A stretch of DNA of 64,000 nucleotides from Minisyncoccota bacterium (GTDB lineage: Bacteria; Patescibacteriota; Minisyncoccia; Phycocordibacterales; UBA9973). The notes under the pieces were generated by a model. It was given only the letters and a program-made list of their open reading frames with translations, had not been told where the DNA came from and searched no databases. The DNA lies in NCBI GenBank assembly GCA_041664745.1, contig JBAYKD010000001.1, positions 27,097 to 91,096 on the forward strand, written 5' to 3'. A program made the position numbers and the translations under genes. Positions 44,543 through 52,906 of the stretch are shown one piece after another (the first letter of the stretch is position 1; each line of letters opens with the position of its first letter).

Positions 44543-45769
44543 ATGAAAATAAAAGTAAATTACAGAAAAATTAGTTATATTGTTGTATCAATTTTGCTTT
44601 TGGGTGTAGTCTTTGGAATCGGCTTATATTTTGGATATTCTCGTCGTCCAGATATTGATAAGGTTACTTCTATAATAAATAAAACTCCAACCTTTGAAAC
44701 GACAGCTGACTTTGCACCTTTCTGGAAAGCATGGAATACATTGAAAGAAAAGTCTATATACTCTGACAAAATTACAGACCAAGAGCGTGTCTGGGGAGCT
44801 ATAAAGGGCCTAGCAGGAGCCACAGGCGACCCATATACTACTTTCTTTAATCCAGAGGATAACAAGCTGTTTAAAGATGAAATAAAGGGGTCTTTTAGTG
44901 GAATAGGTGCTGAAATAGGCATGAAGGACAATGTTCTGACTGTTATTGCGCCTTTGAAAGGTACACCAGCTTTCACTGCTGGTATCAAGAAAGGAGACAA
45001 AATTATAAAAATAGATAATGTTTCTACAAATGATATGTCCGTAGACATGGCCATCAATAAAATTCGTGGAGAGCGTGGTACTACTGTGACTCTTAATATT
45101 TTTAGAACTGGAGAGAATCAAACTCGCGATATAAAAATAGTCCGAGATACGATAGCGATTCCGACAGTAGATACAGAGGCTAGGCCCGATGGAATCTTCG
45201 TCATCAAGTTTTATAGCTTCTCAGAAAATTCTGACAATTTATTTGCGGGCGCTCTCGATGAATTTTCTAAATCAGGAAGTCATAAACTCCTTCTCGACTT
45301 GAGAGGTAATCCAGGTGGATATCTAGACGCCGCTGTTAATATTGGCTCTTGGTTTATCGACGAAGGGAAGGTAATTGTTAGTGAAGATTTTGGTTCTAGT
45401 AAGAAAGCTCAAGTATATCGTAGTCACGGCCCTAAATTATTTACTGATAAGTTGCAATTTGTTGTGCTTGTGGATGGAGGCTCTGCGTCTGCTTCTGAGA
45501 TTCTAGCTGGAGCCTTAAAAGAGCAAGGTGTAGCAACGCTTGTCGGAGAGAAAACTTTCGGTAAGGGTTCAGTTCAGGAGCTGGTAGATATAACAAAAGA
45601 TACTTCTCTCAAGGTAACTGTTGCCAAGTGGCTCACTCCAAACGGTGTTTCTATTTCTCAAGTAGGTATTGATCCTGATGTGAAAGTTCCTTATACCTTA
45701 AAAGACTTTCAAGCTCTTCGTGATCCACAAATGGATAAAGCTGTCGAAATATTAAAAGCTAAGCAATAA
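44543..45769 (+). CDS. S41 family C-terminal processing peptidase with PDZ domain
   Basis: 408 aa. GIGAEIG, PDZ segment PAFTAGIKKGDKIIKID, DLRGNPGG, GGSASASEILAGALKE. Confidence 0.9.
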   Translation: MKIKVNYRKISYIVVSILLLGVVFGIGLYFGYSRRPDIDKVTSIINKTPTFETTADFAPFWKAWNTLKEKSIYSDKITDQERVWGAIKGLAGATGDPYTTFFNPEDNKLFKDEIKGSFSGIGAEIGMKDNVLTVIAPLKGTPAFTAGIKKGDKIIKIDNVSTNDMSVDMAINKIRGERGTTVTLNIFRTGENQTRDIKIVRDTIAIPTVDTEARPDGIFVIKFYSFSENSDNLFAGALDEFSKSGSHKLLLDLRGNPGGYLDAAVNIGSWFIDEGKVIVSEDFGSSKKAQVYRSHGPKLFTDKLQFVVLVDGGSASASEILAGALKEQGVATLVGEKTFGKGSVQELVDITKDTSLKVTVAKWLTPNGVSISQVGIDPDVKVPYTLKDFQALRDPQMDKAVEILKAKQ

Positions 45770-45775
45770 AATTAT

Positions 45776-46213
45776 ATGAAAATTATTTTAACAACAGATG
45801 TGCCAAAGATGGGTAATAAATATGATGTAAAAGATTTTAAGAATGGATATGCGAACCTTCTCATATCTAAAGGTTTAGCTATCCTTGCGACTCCGGCTGC
45901 ACTTTCTAATTTAGAAAACATGAAAAAGGAAGGAGAGAAAAAGAAAGAGGAAGGAATGAAAGCTTTCGATTCGCTTGTCTCATCTATAAATAACACAAAG
46001 TTGAACATAAAAGTTAAAGCTAATGAGAAGGGTCATTTATTCAAAGCTGTCGGTCCTCGCGATATAGTGGAGGCTGTGAAAAAAGTAACGGGTGTAGACA
46101 TAGATGAAAGATCAATAGTTATGGAACATATAAAAGAAATAGGTACTCATAAAATAGAAATCAAAAAGGGAAGTAAGAAGGGAATATGCGAGGTGATAAT
46201 AGAGAAAGAATAA
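45776..46213 (+). CDS. rplI: 50S ribosomal protein L9
   Basis: 145 aa. MKIILTTDVPKMGNKYDVKDFKNGYANLLISKGLA. Confidence 0.92.
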   Translation: MKIILTTDVPKMGNKYDVKDFKNGYANLLISKGLAILATPAALSNLENMKKEGEKKKEEGMKAFDSLVSSINNTKLNIKVKANEKGHLFKAVGPRDIVEAVKKVTGVDIDERSIVMEHIKEIGTHKIEIKKGSKKGICEVIIEKE

Positions 46214-46255
46214 AAGTAAAAATCTCTGACACATGTGTCAGAGATTTTTACTTTT
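46212..46255. terminator. 44-nt perfect palindrome, bidirectional terminator between rplI and rpmA
   Basis: AAAAGTAAAAATCTCTGACACA|TGTGTCAGAGATTTTTACTTTT. It overlaps both stop codons. Confidence 0.85.
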
Positions 46256-46526
46256 AGATTACGTGAACTATTTTTTTAACGGATGATGTTCGGTTGAAGT
46301 TTACTTTTCTTTTTGTACCGTATTTGATTGTTCCAGGTTTTAAAGCAAATAATGTGTGATCTTTACCTAGTCCAACATTATTACCAGGGAGAATTTTAGT
46401 ACCTCTTTGGCGAATAATGATTGATCCTGCTTTCGCAATTTCACCAGCGTAAAGTTTCGTACCTAAGTACTTTGGATTTGAATCTGTTAAGTTTTTAGCC
46501 GATCCACCGGCTTTTCGATGTGCCAT
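46254..46526 (-). CDS. rpmA: 50S ribosomal protein L27
   Basis: 90 aa. [33 protein letters not shown]. Confidence 0.95.
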   Translation of the reverse strand: MAHRKAGGSAKNLTDSNPKYLGTKLYAGEIAKAGSIIIRQRGTKILPGNNVGLGKDHTLFALKPGTIKYGTKRKVNFNRTSSVKKIVHVI

Positions 46527-46532
46527 ATGATA

Positions 46533-46560
46533 AGTTTATAGTTCTAAGTTTATAGTTCTA
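46533..46560. repeat. tandem duplication of the 14-mer AGTTTATAGTTCTA just upstream of rpmA
   Basis: Two identical adjacent copies. On the minus strand each carries a TATAAA -10-like box; the proximal box lies 8 nt from the ATG. Confidence 0.8.
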
Positions 46561-46633
46561 AAGATAGGATAATGGCCTAAAATTACTATATAATCTAGCA
46601 AACTACGGAAAAATGATTTATAATTAAACTCAT

Positions 46634-47014
46634 ATGAGTATAAATGATTTTATGAATAAAATCAAGGGTAAAATAGGTATTGACAGTATGACTCTAGTGT
46701 GTTTTTGTATAATAGTCTTGGTTTCATTGGGTTCTTTTGGTTTAGGGCGCCTTTCTGTAGCTAAAATAGACAATGTTGACCAATTAAACGTAAAAGAGGA
46801 GGGGATAAATATTTCAAAAAATGAAGGGGATACGGTACCGGATAATTCCATTACTTCGAAGGAGAAGCTGTATGTAGCTTCAAAAAATGGTAAACTATAT
46901 TATAGTTTAGGTTGTGCTGGAGCTAAGAGGATATCTCCAAAGAATGAAGTATGGTTTGCTTCATCTATCGATGCAGAGAAGTCTGGGTACACTTTATCAA
47001 CATCTTGTAAATAA
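46634..47014 (+). CDS. membrane-anchored protein with a C-terminal Ada/sunset-type Cys motif
   Basis: 126 aa. N-terminal TM; KLYYSLGCAGAKRISPKNEVWFASSIDAEKSGYTLSTSCK. Confidence 0.65.
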   Translation: MSINDFMNKIKGKIGIDSMTLVCFCIIVLVSLGSFGLGRLSVAKIDNVDQLNVKEEGINISKNEGDTVPDNSITSKEKLYVASKNGKLYYSLGCAGAKRISPKNEVWFASSIDAEKSGYTLSTSCK

Positions 47015-47019
47015 TAAAA

Positions 47020-47979
47020 ATGAAAACTATAAATCAAATCATAACAGTAATAATTTTTCTAGCATTGATATTCTTCTTTAGGAATGATCTTACATCTTTA
47101 TACTCGAAAGCTGTTTCTTATATACAAAATGGTATCACTCAATATACATCCATTTATAAAAGTGATTATAAAGATAAAGTAGATCAAGCGATAGTGTCTT
47201 TGGGTAATGACTTAAATTTAAATAATAATACGAAACAAATAAACAAAGTAGAGACGCCAGGACCTCTAGTAGTACCAAAGGATTATCTAACAACAAATAC
47301 AAAGAGTATTAATCTATCTATTAAGGGCGTAATAAATATAACCAATATTTATAGAGCCTCAAATGGTAGTTTGCCTCCATTAACAGAAAATCCTAAATTA
47401 AATTTTTCTGCTGAGAAAAAATTACAAGATATGTTTCAGAAAGGATACTTTGAGCACATCTCACCAGATGGAGTTGGCGTAGGAGATCTGGGTACTTTAG
47501 TATCTTATGAATATATTATTATCGGAGAGAATTTAGCCCTAGGAAATTTTAAAAATGATCAAGCTTTAGTAGATGCATGGATGGCAAGTCCTGGGCACAA
47601 GGCAAATATTTTAAATAAAAGATATACCGAGATAGGAGTTGCTGTTGGTAAGGGTCTCTATAATGGAGAAAATGTTTGGATGGCTGTGCAGCATTTTGCA
47701 CTACCAAAGAGTGCTTGTCCTTCTATAAATGAGGTCCTACGGGGCATAATAACCATCGATCAAGATAAGATAAAGACCATGGAAGGTGATTTAGCCTCAA
47801 AAAAGGCCAATATCGACACAGGGGCCGTTTATGAGGGGCAAACGACAAATGGCCAGATAGATAGCTATAATTCTTTAGTAAGTGATTACAATAAAATAAT
47901 TGTAGATATAAAAGAAAAAATAAATACTTACAATGCGCAAGTTCGTGATTTCAATAACTGTATAGAAGGGGTGAACTAG
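47020..47979 (+). CDS. CAP (SCP/PR1-like, YkwD-type) domain secreted protein
   Basis: 319 aa. N-terminal TM; GYFEHISPDG, ENLA, WMASPGHKANIL, YTEIGVAV. Confidence 0.85.
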   Translation: MKTINQIITVIIFLALIFFFRNDLTSLYSKAVSYIQNGITQYTSIYKSDYKDKVDQAIVSLGNDLNLNNNTKQINKVETPGPLVVPKDYLTTNTKSINLSIKGVINITNIYRASNGSLPPLTENPKLNFSAEKKLQDMFQKGYFEHISPDGVGVGDLGTLVSYEYIIIGENLALGNFKNDQALVDAWMASPGHKANILNKRYTEIGVAVGKGLYNGENVWMAVQHFALPKSACPSINEVLRGIITIDQDKIKTMEGDLASKKANIDTGAVYEGQTTNGQIDSYNSLVSDYNKIIVDIKEKINTYNAQVRDFNNCIEGVN

Positions 47980-48100
47980 GGTTTGGGGGCATCTTTTACG
48001 ACGTTTAAATACCCTTATGGGTAGTTTAATGTCGCAAAAGATATATTGTGCGACACTCACATATATAACTCCCCTAACAATATATAGATATAATTATGTA

Positions 48101-49408
48101 TTAGACAAACGTTAGTGCTACCCCTTTGTGATTTATCCTGCCCGTTCTGCCGATTCTGTGGATGTAAGTATCATAAGTTTGTGGAATTTCGTAATTTATT
48201 ACGTGAGTTACTTCAGGAATATCGAGTCCTCTAGCAGCTACGTCTGTAGCTACCATTATGTTGATCTCATTTTTCCTGAATTTGAGGAGGGTACGCTGAC
48301 GGTCATTGTGCCTCTTATCGCCATGAATTGAGCCTGCTTTATATCCCCTTTTTATTAATTCAACAGAAAGTTTTTCTACTGAATGTTTCATCTCAGAAAA
48401 AATTAAAACTTTTTTAAATTCATCTTCTTTATCCAAAAGATTGCAAAGTGCATCTATTTTATCTACACCACGTTCAAGTCTTATTACGTCTTGCTCGACG
48501 TTCTTAGAAGTCTCTCTGGTCTTGACCATGACTTTCACTGGATCGTTTGCAAATCTTTCAATAAGCTTCTCTATTGGCTTAGGTAATGTTGCTGAGAAGA
48601 AGAATCCTTGTCTATCCTTTGGAGTTTTCTCAAGGAGGAATGTTATATCATCTATGAATCCCATATCGAGCATTCTGTCAGCTTCATCGAGAACTACAGA
48701 GCGAGTACCTGATAAGTTGATCTCTCCACGCTTCACTAGGTCGAGTAATCTGCCGGGAGTTCCTATGACTACATTGCATTCTCTCTTCAAGCTTCTTATT
48801 TGTGCTCCGATAGGTGCCCCACCGACACATACAACTCCATAGATTTTCATTCCACGAACGAGTTCGTTGAATTCTGTTTCTATTTGGATTGCTAATTCAC
48901 GTGTTGGAGCGATGATTATTGCAGTCTCATCTTTGTTTCCAATTATTTTATTTACTATAGGAATAAGAAAGGCTGCTGTTTTACCAGTACCTGTATCGGC
49001 AATACCCAAAATATCTCTTCCTTCAAGTGAATGAGTGATTGATTTGTCTTGAATAGGACTTGGATAAACGTAATTCTTATTTGCAATAGCAAGTTTTAGT
49101 TTAGGATCTATTTTAAAATCATTAAAGGTGTGAGTTGGTATGTAGATCTCTTCTTTTTCTATGACAGTAGATTTATTTATAAAACGAGTGACGTCTATCC
49201 TCTCATAAGAAGATTTTCTTTTGTTTCTACCACCACCACTTCTACTTCCACCACCTCTATTCCCACCAAATGAAGGTCTTGCATTTCTACTTCCAAAAGA
49301 AGATCCACCTCTCGAAGGACCATTTGATCTAGAACTACCAGTGGACTTGTTGCCACCAGAATAATTAGAGGACCTGCTAGGGCCTCTTTGTTTTGTATTG
49401 TTATACAT
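48101..49408 (-). CDS. DEAD-box ATP-dependent RNA helicase with an N-terminal Gly/Arg/Ser-rich region
   Basis: 435 aa. Q motif, ADTGTGKTAAF, VLDEADRMLDMGF, SAT, HRIGRTGR. Confidence 0.93.
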   Translation of the reverse strand: MYNNTKQRGPSRSSNYSGGNKSTGSSRSNGPSRGGSSFGSRNARPSFGGNRGGGSRSGGGRNKRKSSYERIDVTRFINKSTVIEKEEIYIPTHTFNDFKIDPKLKLAIANKNYVYPSPIQDKSITHSLEGRDILGIADTGTGKTAAFLIPIVNKIIGNKDETAIIIAPTRELAIQIETEFNELVRGMKIYGVVCVGGAPIGAQIRSLKRECNVVIGTPGRLLDLVKRGEINLSGTRSVVLDEADRMLDMGFIDDITFLLEKTPKDRQGFFFSATLPKPIEKLIERFANDPVKVMVKTRETSKNVEQDVIRLERGVDKIDALCNLLDKEDEFKKVLIFSEMKHSVEKLSVELIKRGYKAGSIHGDKRHNDRQRTLLKFRKNEINIMVATDVAARGLDIPEVTHVINYEIPQTYDTYIHRIGRTGRINHKGVALTFV

Positions 49409-49484
49409 ATTTTATTTCTTTGCGTGTTTCAAAATTAAAATTGAAACACTCATACACACAAAGGAGTCTCTCAATATGTTTAAT

Positions 49485-49513
49485 ATATTAGCATCTATCC
49501 TATTTTTTGTCAA
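49485..49513 (-). promoter_or_regulatory. promoter TTGACA-17-TAATAT for the DEAD-box helicase (5' UTR about 70 nt with a 9-bp hairpin at 49424-49449)
   Basis: Minus strand; -35 at 49513-49508, -10 at 49490-49485. Confidence 0.55.
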
Positions 49514-49551
49514 TATCACTAAAAAGCCTTATTTATAAAGTTAAAATAACA

Positions 49552-49589
49552 AAAAAGAACTATGCTAATAAATTAGAATAGTTCTTTTT
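49552..49589 (-). terminator. terminator of the 49603 gene (symmetrical, A run / T run)
   Basis: 12-nt arms AAAAAGAACTAT / ATAGTTCTTTTT with an inner CTAAT/ATTAG stem. Confidence 0.7.
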
Positions 49590-49602
49590 ATGCGTCGAAT
49601 GA

Positions 49603-49833
49603 TTATAGAGTACCTAAGTCTGTATCAATTGCTTTTAGATCAGCATCAATACCTGAATCAACTTCTATGTTATTTACATCTTCATTGATAGTAGCAGCGG
49701 TCTCTCCACTAAGAGTTGTAGGAGTTTCTGTGTTTATATCCCCTACTTTATCTTTTTGAGAATTTTTCCAAACTAAAGTGAATACAATTATTACTATAAT
49801 AATTAATGCACCGTATAATAAATTTTTATTCAT
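49603..49833 (-). CDS. hypothetical small secreted/anchored acidic protein
   Basis: 76 aa. N-terminal TM LLYGALIIIVIIVFTLV. Confidence 0.55.
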   Translation of the reverse strand: MNKNLLYGALIIIVIIVFTLVWKNSQKDKVGDINTETPTTLSGETAATINEDVNNIEVDSGIDADLKAIDTDLGTL

Positions 49834-49884
49834 AAATATTTTATATTAGCTCGCTAAAGCTTTAGCGTAAGCGGCTATTAATTA

Positions 49885-50925
49885 TTAATTAGTAGGAGTT
49901 ACAGGAGTCACAGCTGTAGTTTCAGTGTCTTCTTCATCATCATCAATCTTTGGAGTTTGAGCAAGAGTTGTAGCAGCTGACTTTACGTTCTCGTGTACAA
50001 CTTTGACTTGATCACGTAGAGCTTTAATATCAGTATTTAAACTTTCTTTGATTCCACTCATTGCAGCCTTCAATTCTGCTTCTGTTGTGATGTTTGCTGT
50101 ATATACCTTTCCAGATTGAGCAAGTATTAGAGCCTTCACTTCTGTGATGGATGATTTAGCTTTCTCTATTAGAGTACGAGTAGAGGCTACATCTATGCCT
50201 CTTGTGTCAGCATCATTTGCACGAGCCTCAATTCGGAGCAAGCTTTCTTCTATTTTATCTGTTATTTCATTTAGATTATTTACTGCTTTTGTATTAAGTT
50301 CTGCAATTTTTGCAACGATTTTCTCTACAGTTACTTGTTTCTTCTCATCTTTAATCTTAGCAATGTCAGCCTTGAACTTTTCTTTATTTGCTTCCATTTT
50401 TGCTTTTTGTTCTTCCTTATTTAATTCCATTTCTTTCTTGAATTCTTCTTTCTTTAATTCAAATTCATTCTTTTTTGCTTCTCTATCTGCCTCATTTAGT
50501 TTCTTCAACTCTTCTCTTTTGGCTTCGAATTCATCCTTCTTGGCTTCCCTATCAGCCTCGCTTAAATTTTTGAATTCTTCTCTATTTTTTTCAAACTCAT
50601 CCTTTTTTATTTCTCTTTCCTCTTCTATTTTATTTCTAAATTCTTCTCTATTTTGTTTTAATTCTTCTTTTTTTACATCTTTATCTTCTTTTATTTTATC
50701 CTTTACTTCAACTCTTTTTTCTTTTAGATCTTCTCTGTTCTCTTTTATTTGATTACGGATTGCACCAAGTGGTGGTTGTTTAAGATCTGCTCCGGCTGGT
50801 ACTGGTGCATTTATGGGTTGTATTTGTGGTTTATCTTCTATTTCATTTTCTTCTGCATAAGCTACAGGAGAAACAAGTAAGATTCCTACAAAAATTAATG
50901 ATGCATATTTGATGTATTTTTTCAT
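49885..50925 (-). CDS. secreted coiled-coil protein with Lys/Glu-rich repeats
   Basis: 346 aa. Signal peptide ..VSPVAYA. Repeats such as EADREAKK(D/N)EFE.K.EE.KK across about aa 61-196 (nt 50338-50745). Confidence 0.7.
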   Translation of the reverse strand: MKKYIKYASLIFVGILLVSPVAYAEENEIEDKPQIQPINAPVPAGADLKQPPLGAIRNQIKENREDLKEKRVEVKDKIKEDKDVKKEELKQNREEFRNKIEEEREIKKDEFEKNREEFKNLSEADREAKKDEFEAKREELKKLNEADREAKKNEFELKKEEFKKEMELNKEEQKAKMEANKEKFKADIAKIKDEKKQVTVEKIVAKIAELNTKAVNNLNEITDKIEESLLRIEARANDADTRGIDVASTRTLIEKAKSSITEVKALILAQSGKVYTANITTEAELKAAMSGIKESLNTDIKALRDQVKVVHENVKSAATTLAQTPKIDDDEEDTETTAVTPVTPTN

Positions 50926-51006
50926 AATTTTTTATGTTTAATTAACTTTATTAATAACTAATAATGTTTACATTATAACTCTTCTACAAAGTTACGCTAA
51001 TTTTTC

Positions 51007-51978
51007 TTATTTTATAACACTATTTATGGGGTTTCCAGTCTCTAATACAGAGATTATGTTTTTGGCAGCTATCTCAGACATAAGGTCGCGAGCAGATTGT
51101 CTTGCAGAAGCAATATGTGGAGTTATGATAACATCAGGCAATTTGATAAGACCTTTTGTTAATTTAGGCTCAAACTCAAAGACGTCTAGTGCAGCCCCTC
51201 GGATAATATCATTTTCTAATGCATAGACTAAAGCTTTCTCGTCTACAACAGGACCACGGGAAGTATTTATTAAGAATGCAGTTTTCTTCATTGTTTTAAG
51301 TGACTCTGTATTTATCAAATGTCTTGTAGAAGGAAGTAGTGGAACGTGGAGAGATACGATATCTGCTTCTCGCAATACTTCTTCAGTCGTCATTCTAGTT
51401 GTATTTTCAATTTTATCTAATTCAACACTAGGAGATACATCACTATATATAATACTTGAGCCGAAACCATAATGAAGAATTTTTGCTACTTCTGTTCCTA
51501 TCTGGCCAGCACCTATTAGGCCTATCTTCTTACCTTTCATATCTGTCCCTATAAATATATCAGGGTCCCAGCCTTTGTATTTTCCTTCACGCATGAATTC
51601 ATCAGCTTCTACTAAGCGAGTAGTGAGTGCAAGCATAAGAGCAACAGTATGTTCCGCGACAGCAGTAGAAGAAGTGCCTGGAGTGTTTGTAATGAAAACA
51701 TTACAAGCTTTTGCATCTTCTATATTTACATTATCATAGCCAACAGAGAAGTTCGCAAAGATTTTTGCTGTAGGGCAAGCATTGAATACTTCTTTATCTA
51801 TAATATCAGTCAGAAAAGCAATAACTCCATCATAGGGTTTCTTTTTCAATTCTTTAATAATGTCTTTTTTTGTTGGAGCACCTTTTGATGTTCCTATATC
51901 AAATAGAATCCCCTTTTCTCTTAGTAATTTTAATCCTGATTCTGGTATCTTTCTTGTGATGTAAATTTGTTTGCTCAT
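51007..51978 (-). CDS. D-isomer-specific 2-hydroxyacid dehydrogenase (glyoxylate/hydroxypyruvate reductase-like)
   Basis: 323 aa. NAD motif GLIGAGQIG; SRGPVVDEKAL; ITPHIASA. Confidence 0.9.
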   Translation of the reverse strand: MSKQIYITRKIPESGLKLLREKGILFDIGTSKGAPTKKDIIKELKKKPYDGVIAFLTDIIDKEVFNACPTAKIFANFSVGYDNVNIEDAKACNVFITNTPGTSSTAVAEHTVALMLALTTRLVEADEFMREGKYKGWDPDIFIGTDMKGKKIGLIGAGQIGTEVAKILHYGFGSSIIYSDVSPSVELDKIENTTRMTTEEVLREADIVSLHVPLLPSTRHLINTESLKTMKKTAFLINTSRGPVVDEKALVYALENDIIRGAALDVFEFEPKLTKGLIKLPDVIITPHIASARQSARDLMSEIAAKNIISVLETGNPINSVIK

Positions 51979-52002
51979 AATATAATTTGCGTAGCGTGTT
52001 AT

Positions 52003-52800
52003 TTAAATAACAATATCTTTCTTACTCAAATGCTTCTCTGCTGCTAATGCGATATTCTCCATCATTGTTACAGTTTCTATTGGATATTTACCCATTGCTG
52101 ATTCTTCTGAGAGCATCACTGCGTCTGCTCCATCGATTATTGCATATGCGACGTCGGAGACTTCAGCACGAGTAGGGACAGGGCTGTTCACCATTCCTAG
52201 CATCATTTGAGTTGCGACTATTACCATTTTACCTTTCTTGTTACATGCGTCTATTATTTTATGTTGGATAAAAGGTATTTCTTCGAGTGGGTATTCATTA
52301 CCAAGGTCGCCACGAGCTACCATAATTCCATCAGTTGCTTCAAGTATCTCATCTAGGTTATCTACTGCCATCTTACGTTCGATTTTTGCAATAATTTTTT
52401 GTTTACCACCTTTTGCATTTATTAAACTTCGAAGCTCTATTATATCTTTTGCGCTTCCGACGAATGAGAGTGCTATATAGTCTACATTTTGTTCAATTCC
52501 AAATATTAAATCATTCTTATCTTTCTCTGTGATAACTTCTGTCTCAGTATCTCCTCCAAAGTGGTGCCCCGATTCTTCTTGAACTCTAGGTCCTGATAAG
52601 TCCTGCATTATTTCTATTGACTTTCCGCACTCTAAAGCTGCTTCTCTGATATGTGCAATGATAATTCCGTGGCCTTCATGTGTATCCCAAGAGAAATTCA
52701 ATCGGGCTATATTAAGATTGTGTTTAATGAGCTCTATGAGCATCTCCTTACTCTGACTCGAAGGCCCCATTGTGGCTATAATTTTTGTTTTTGATTCCAT
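52003..52800 (-). CDS. pyk: pyruvate kinase, barrel-only mini form (no lid B domain, no C domain)
   Basis: 265 aa from the ATG at 52800. [41 protein letters not shown]. Confidence 0.8.
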   Translation of the reverse strand: MESKTKIIATMGPSSQSKEMLIELIKHNLNIARLNFSWDTHEGHGIIIAHIREAALECGKSIEIMQDLSGPRVQEESGHHFGGDTETEVITEKDKNDLIFGIEQNVDYIALSFVGSAKDIIELRSLINAKGGKQKIIAKIERKMAVDNLDEILEATDGIMVARGDLGNEYPLEEIPFIQHKIIDACNKKGKMVIVATQMMLGMVNSPVPTRAEVSDVAYAIIDGADAVMLSEESAMGKYPIETVTMMENIALAAEKHLSKKDIVI

Positions 52801-52811
52801 AATAATTGTAT

Positions 52812-52820
52812 TATAACAAT
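52812..52820 (-). promoter_or_regulatory. extended -10 box TGtTATAAT, 11 nt before the ATG at 52800
   Basis: Minus strand. It lies inside the longer track ORF, which argues for the shorter start. Confidence 0.55.
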
Positions 52821-52906
52821 AAATGAGGAGCATAAGCAAATAAAGTAATCTTTAATTTGTTTAATGTCCGAATGCCATTGTTATATCGTAATCGATATAA
52901 CCTATA

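Noticed and set aside
50144-50752. Long antisense ORFs in the supplied track. Examples are 50144..50752(+), 2583..3047(-), 1884..2240(-), 10922..11413(+), 21213..21767(+), 44575..45057(-) and 56438..56872(+).
   Set aside because: Each lies entirely inside a well-supported gene on the opposite strand. Each has low-complexity or hydrophobic junk composition mirroring the sense codons, and none has promoter or terminator signals of its own.
52801-52839. Longer N-termini offered by the track for the pyruvate kinase (52839), the CAP protein (56049), the 43086 GTG start, the 26430 start, the 25586 TTG start, and the 33195 and 3814 starts.
   Set aside because: In each case an ATG further in is preceded at 6-11 nt by a -10 box, or avoids overlap with the previous stop codon, and the extra residues are not family-like.
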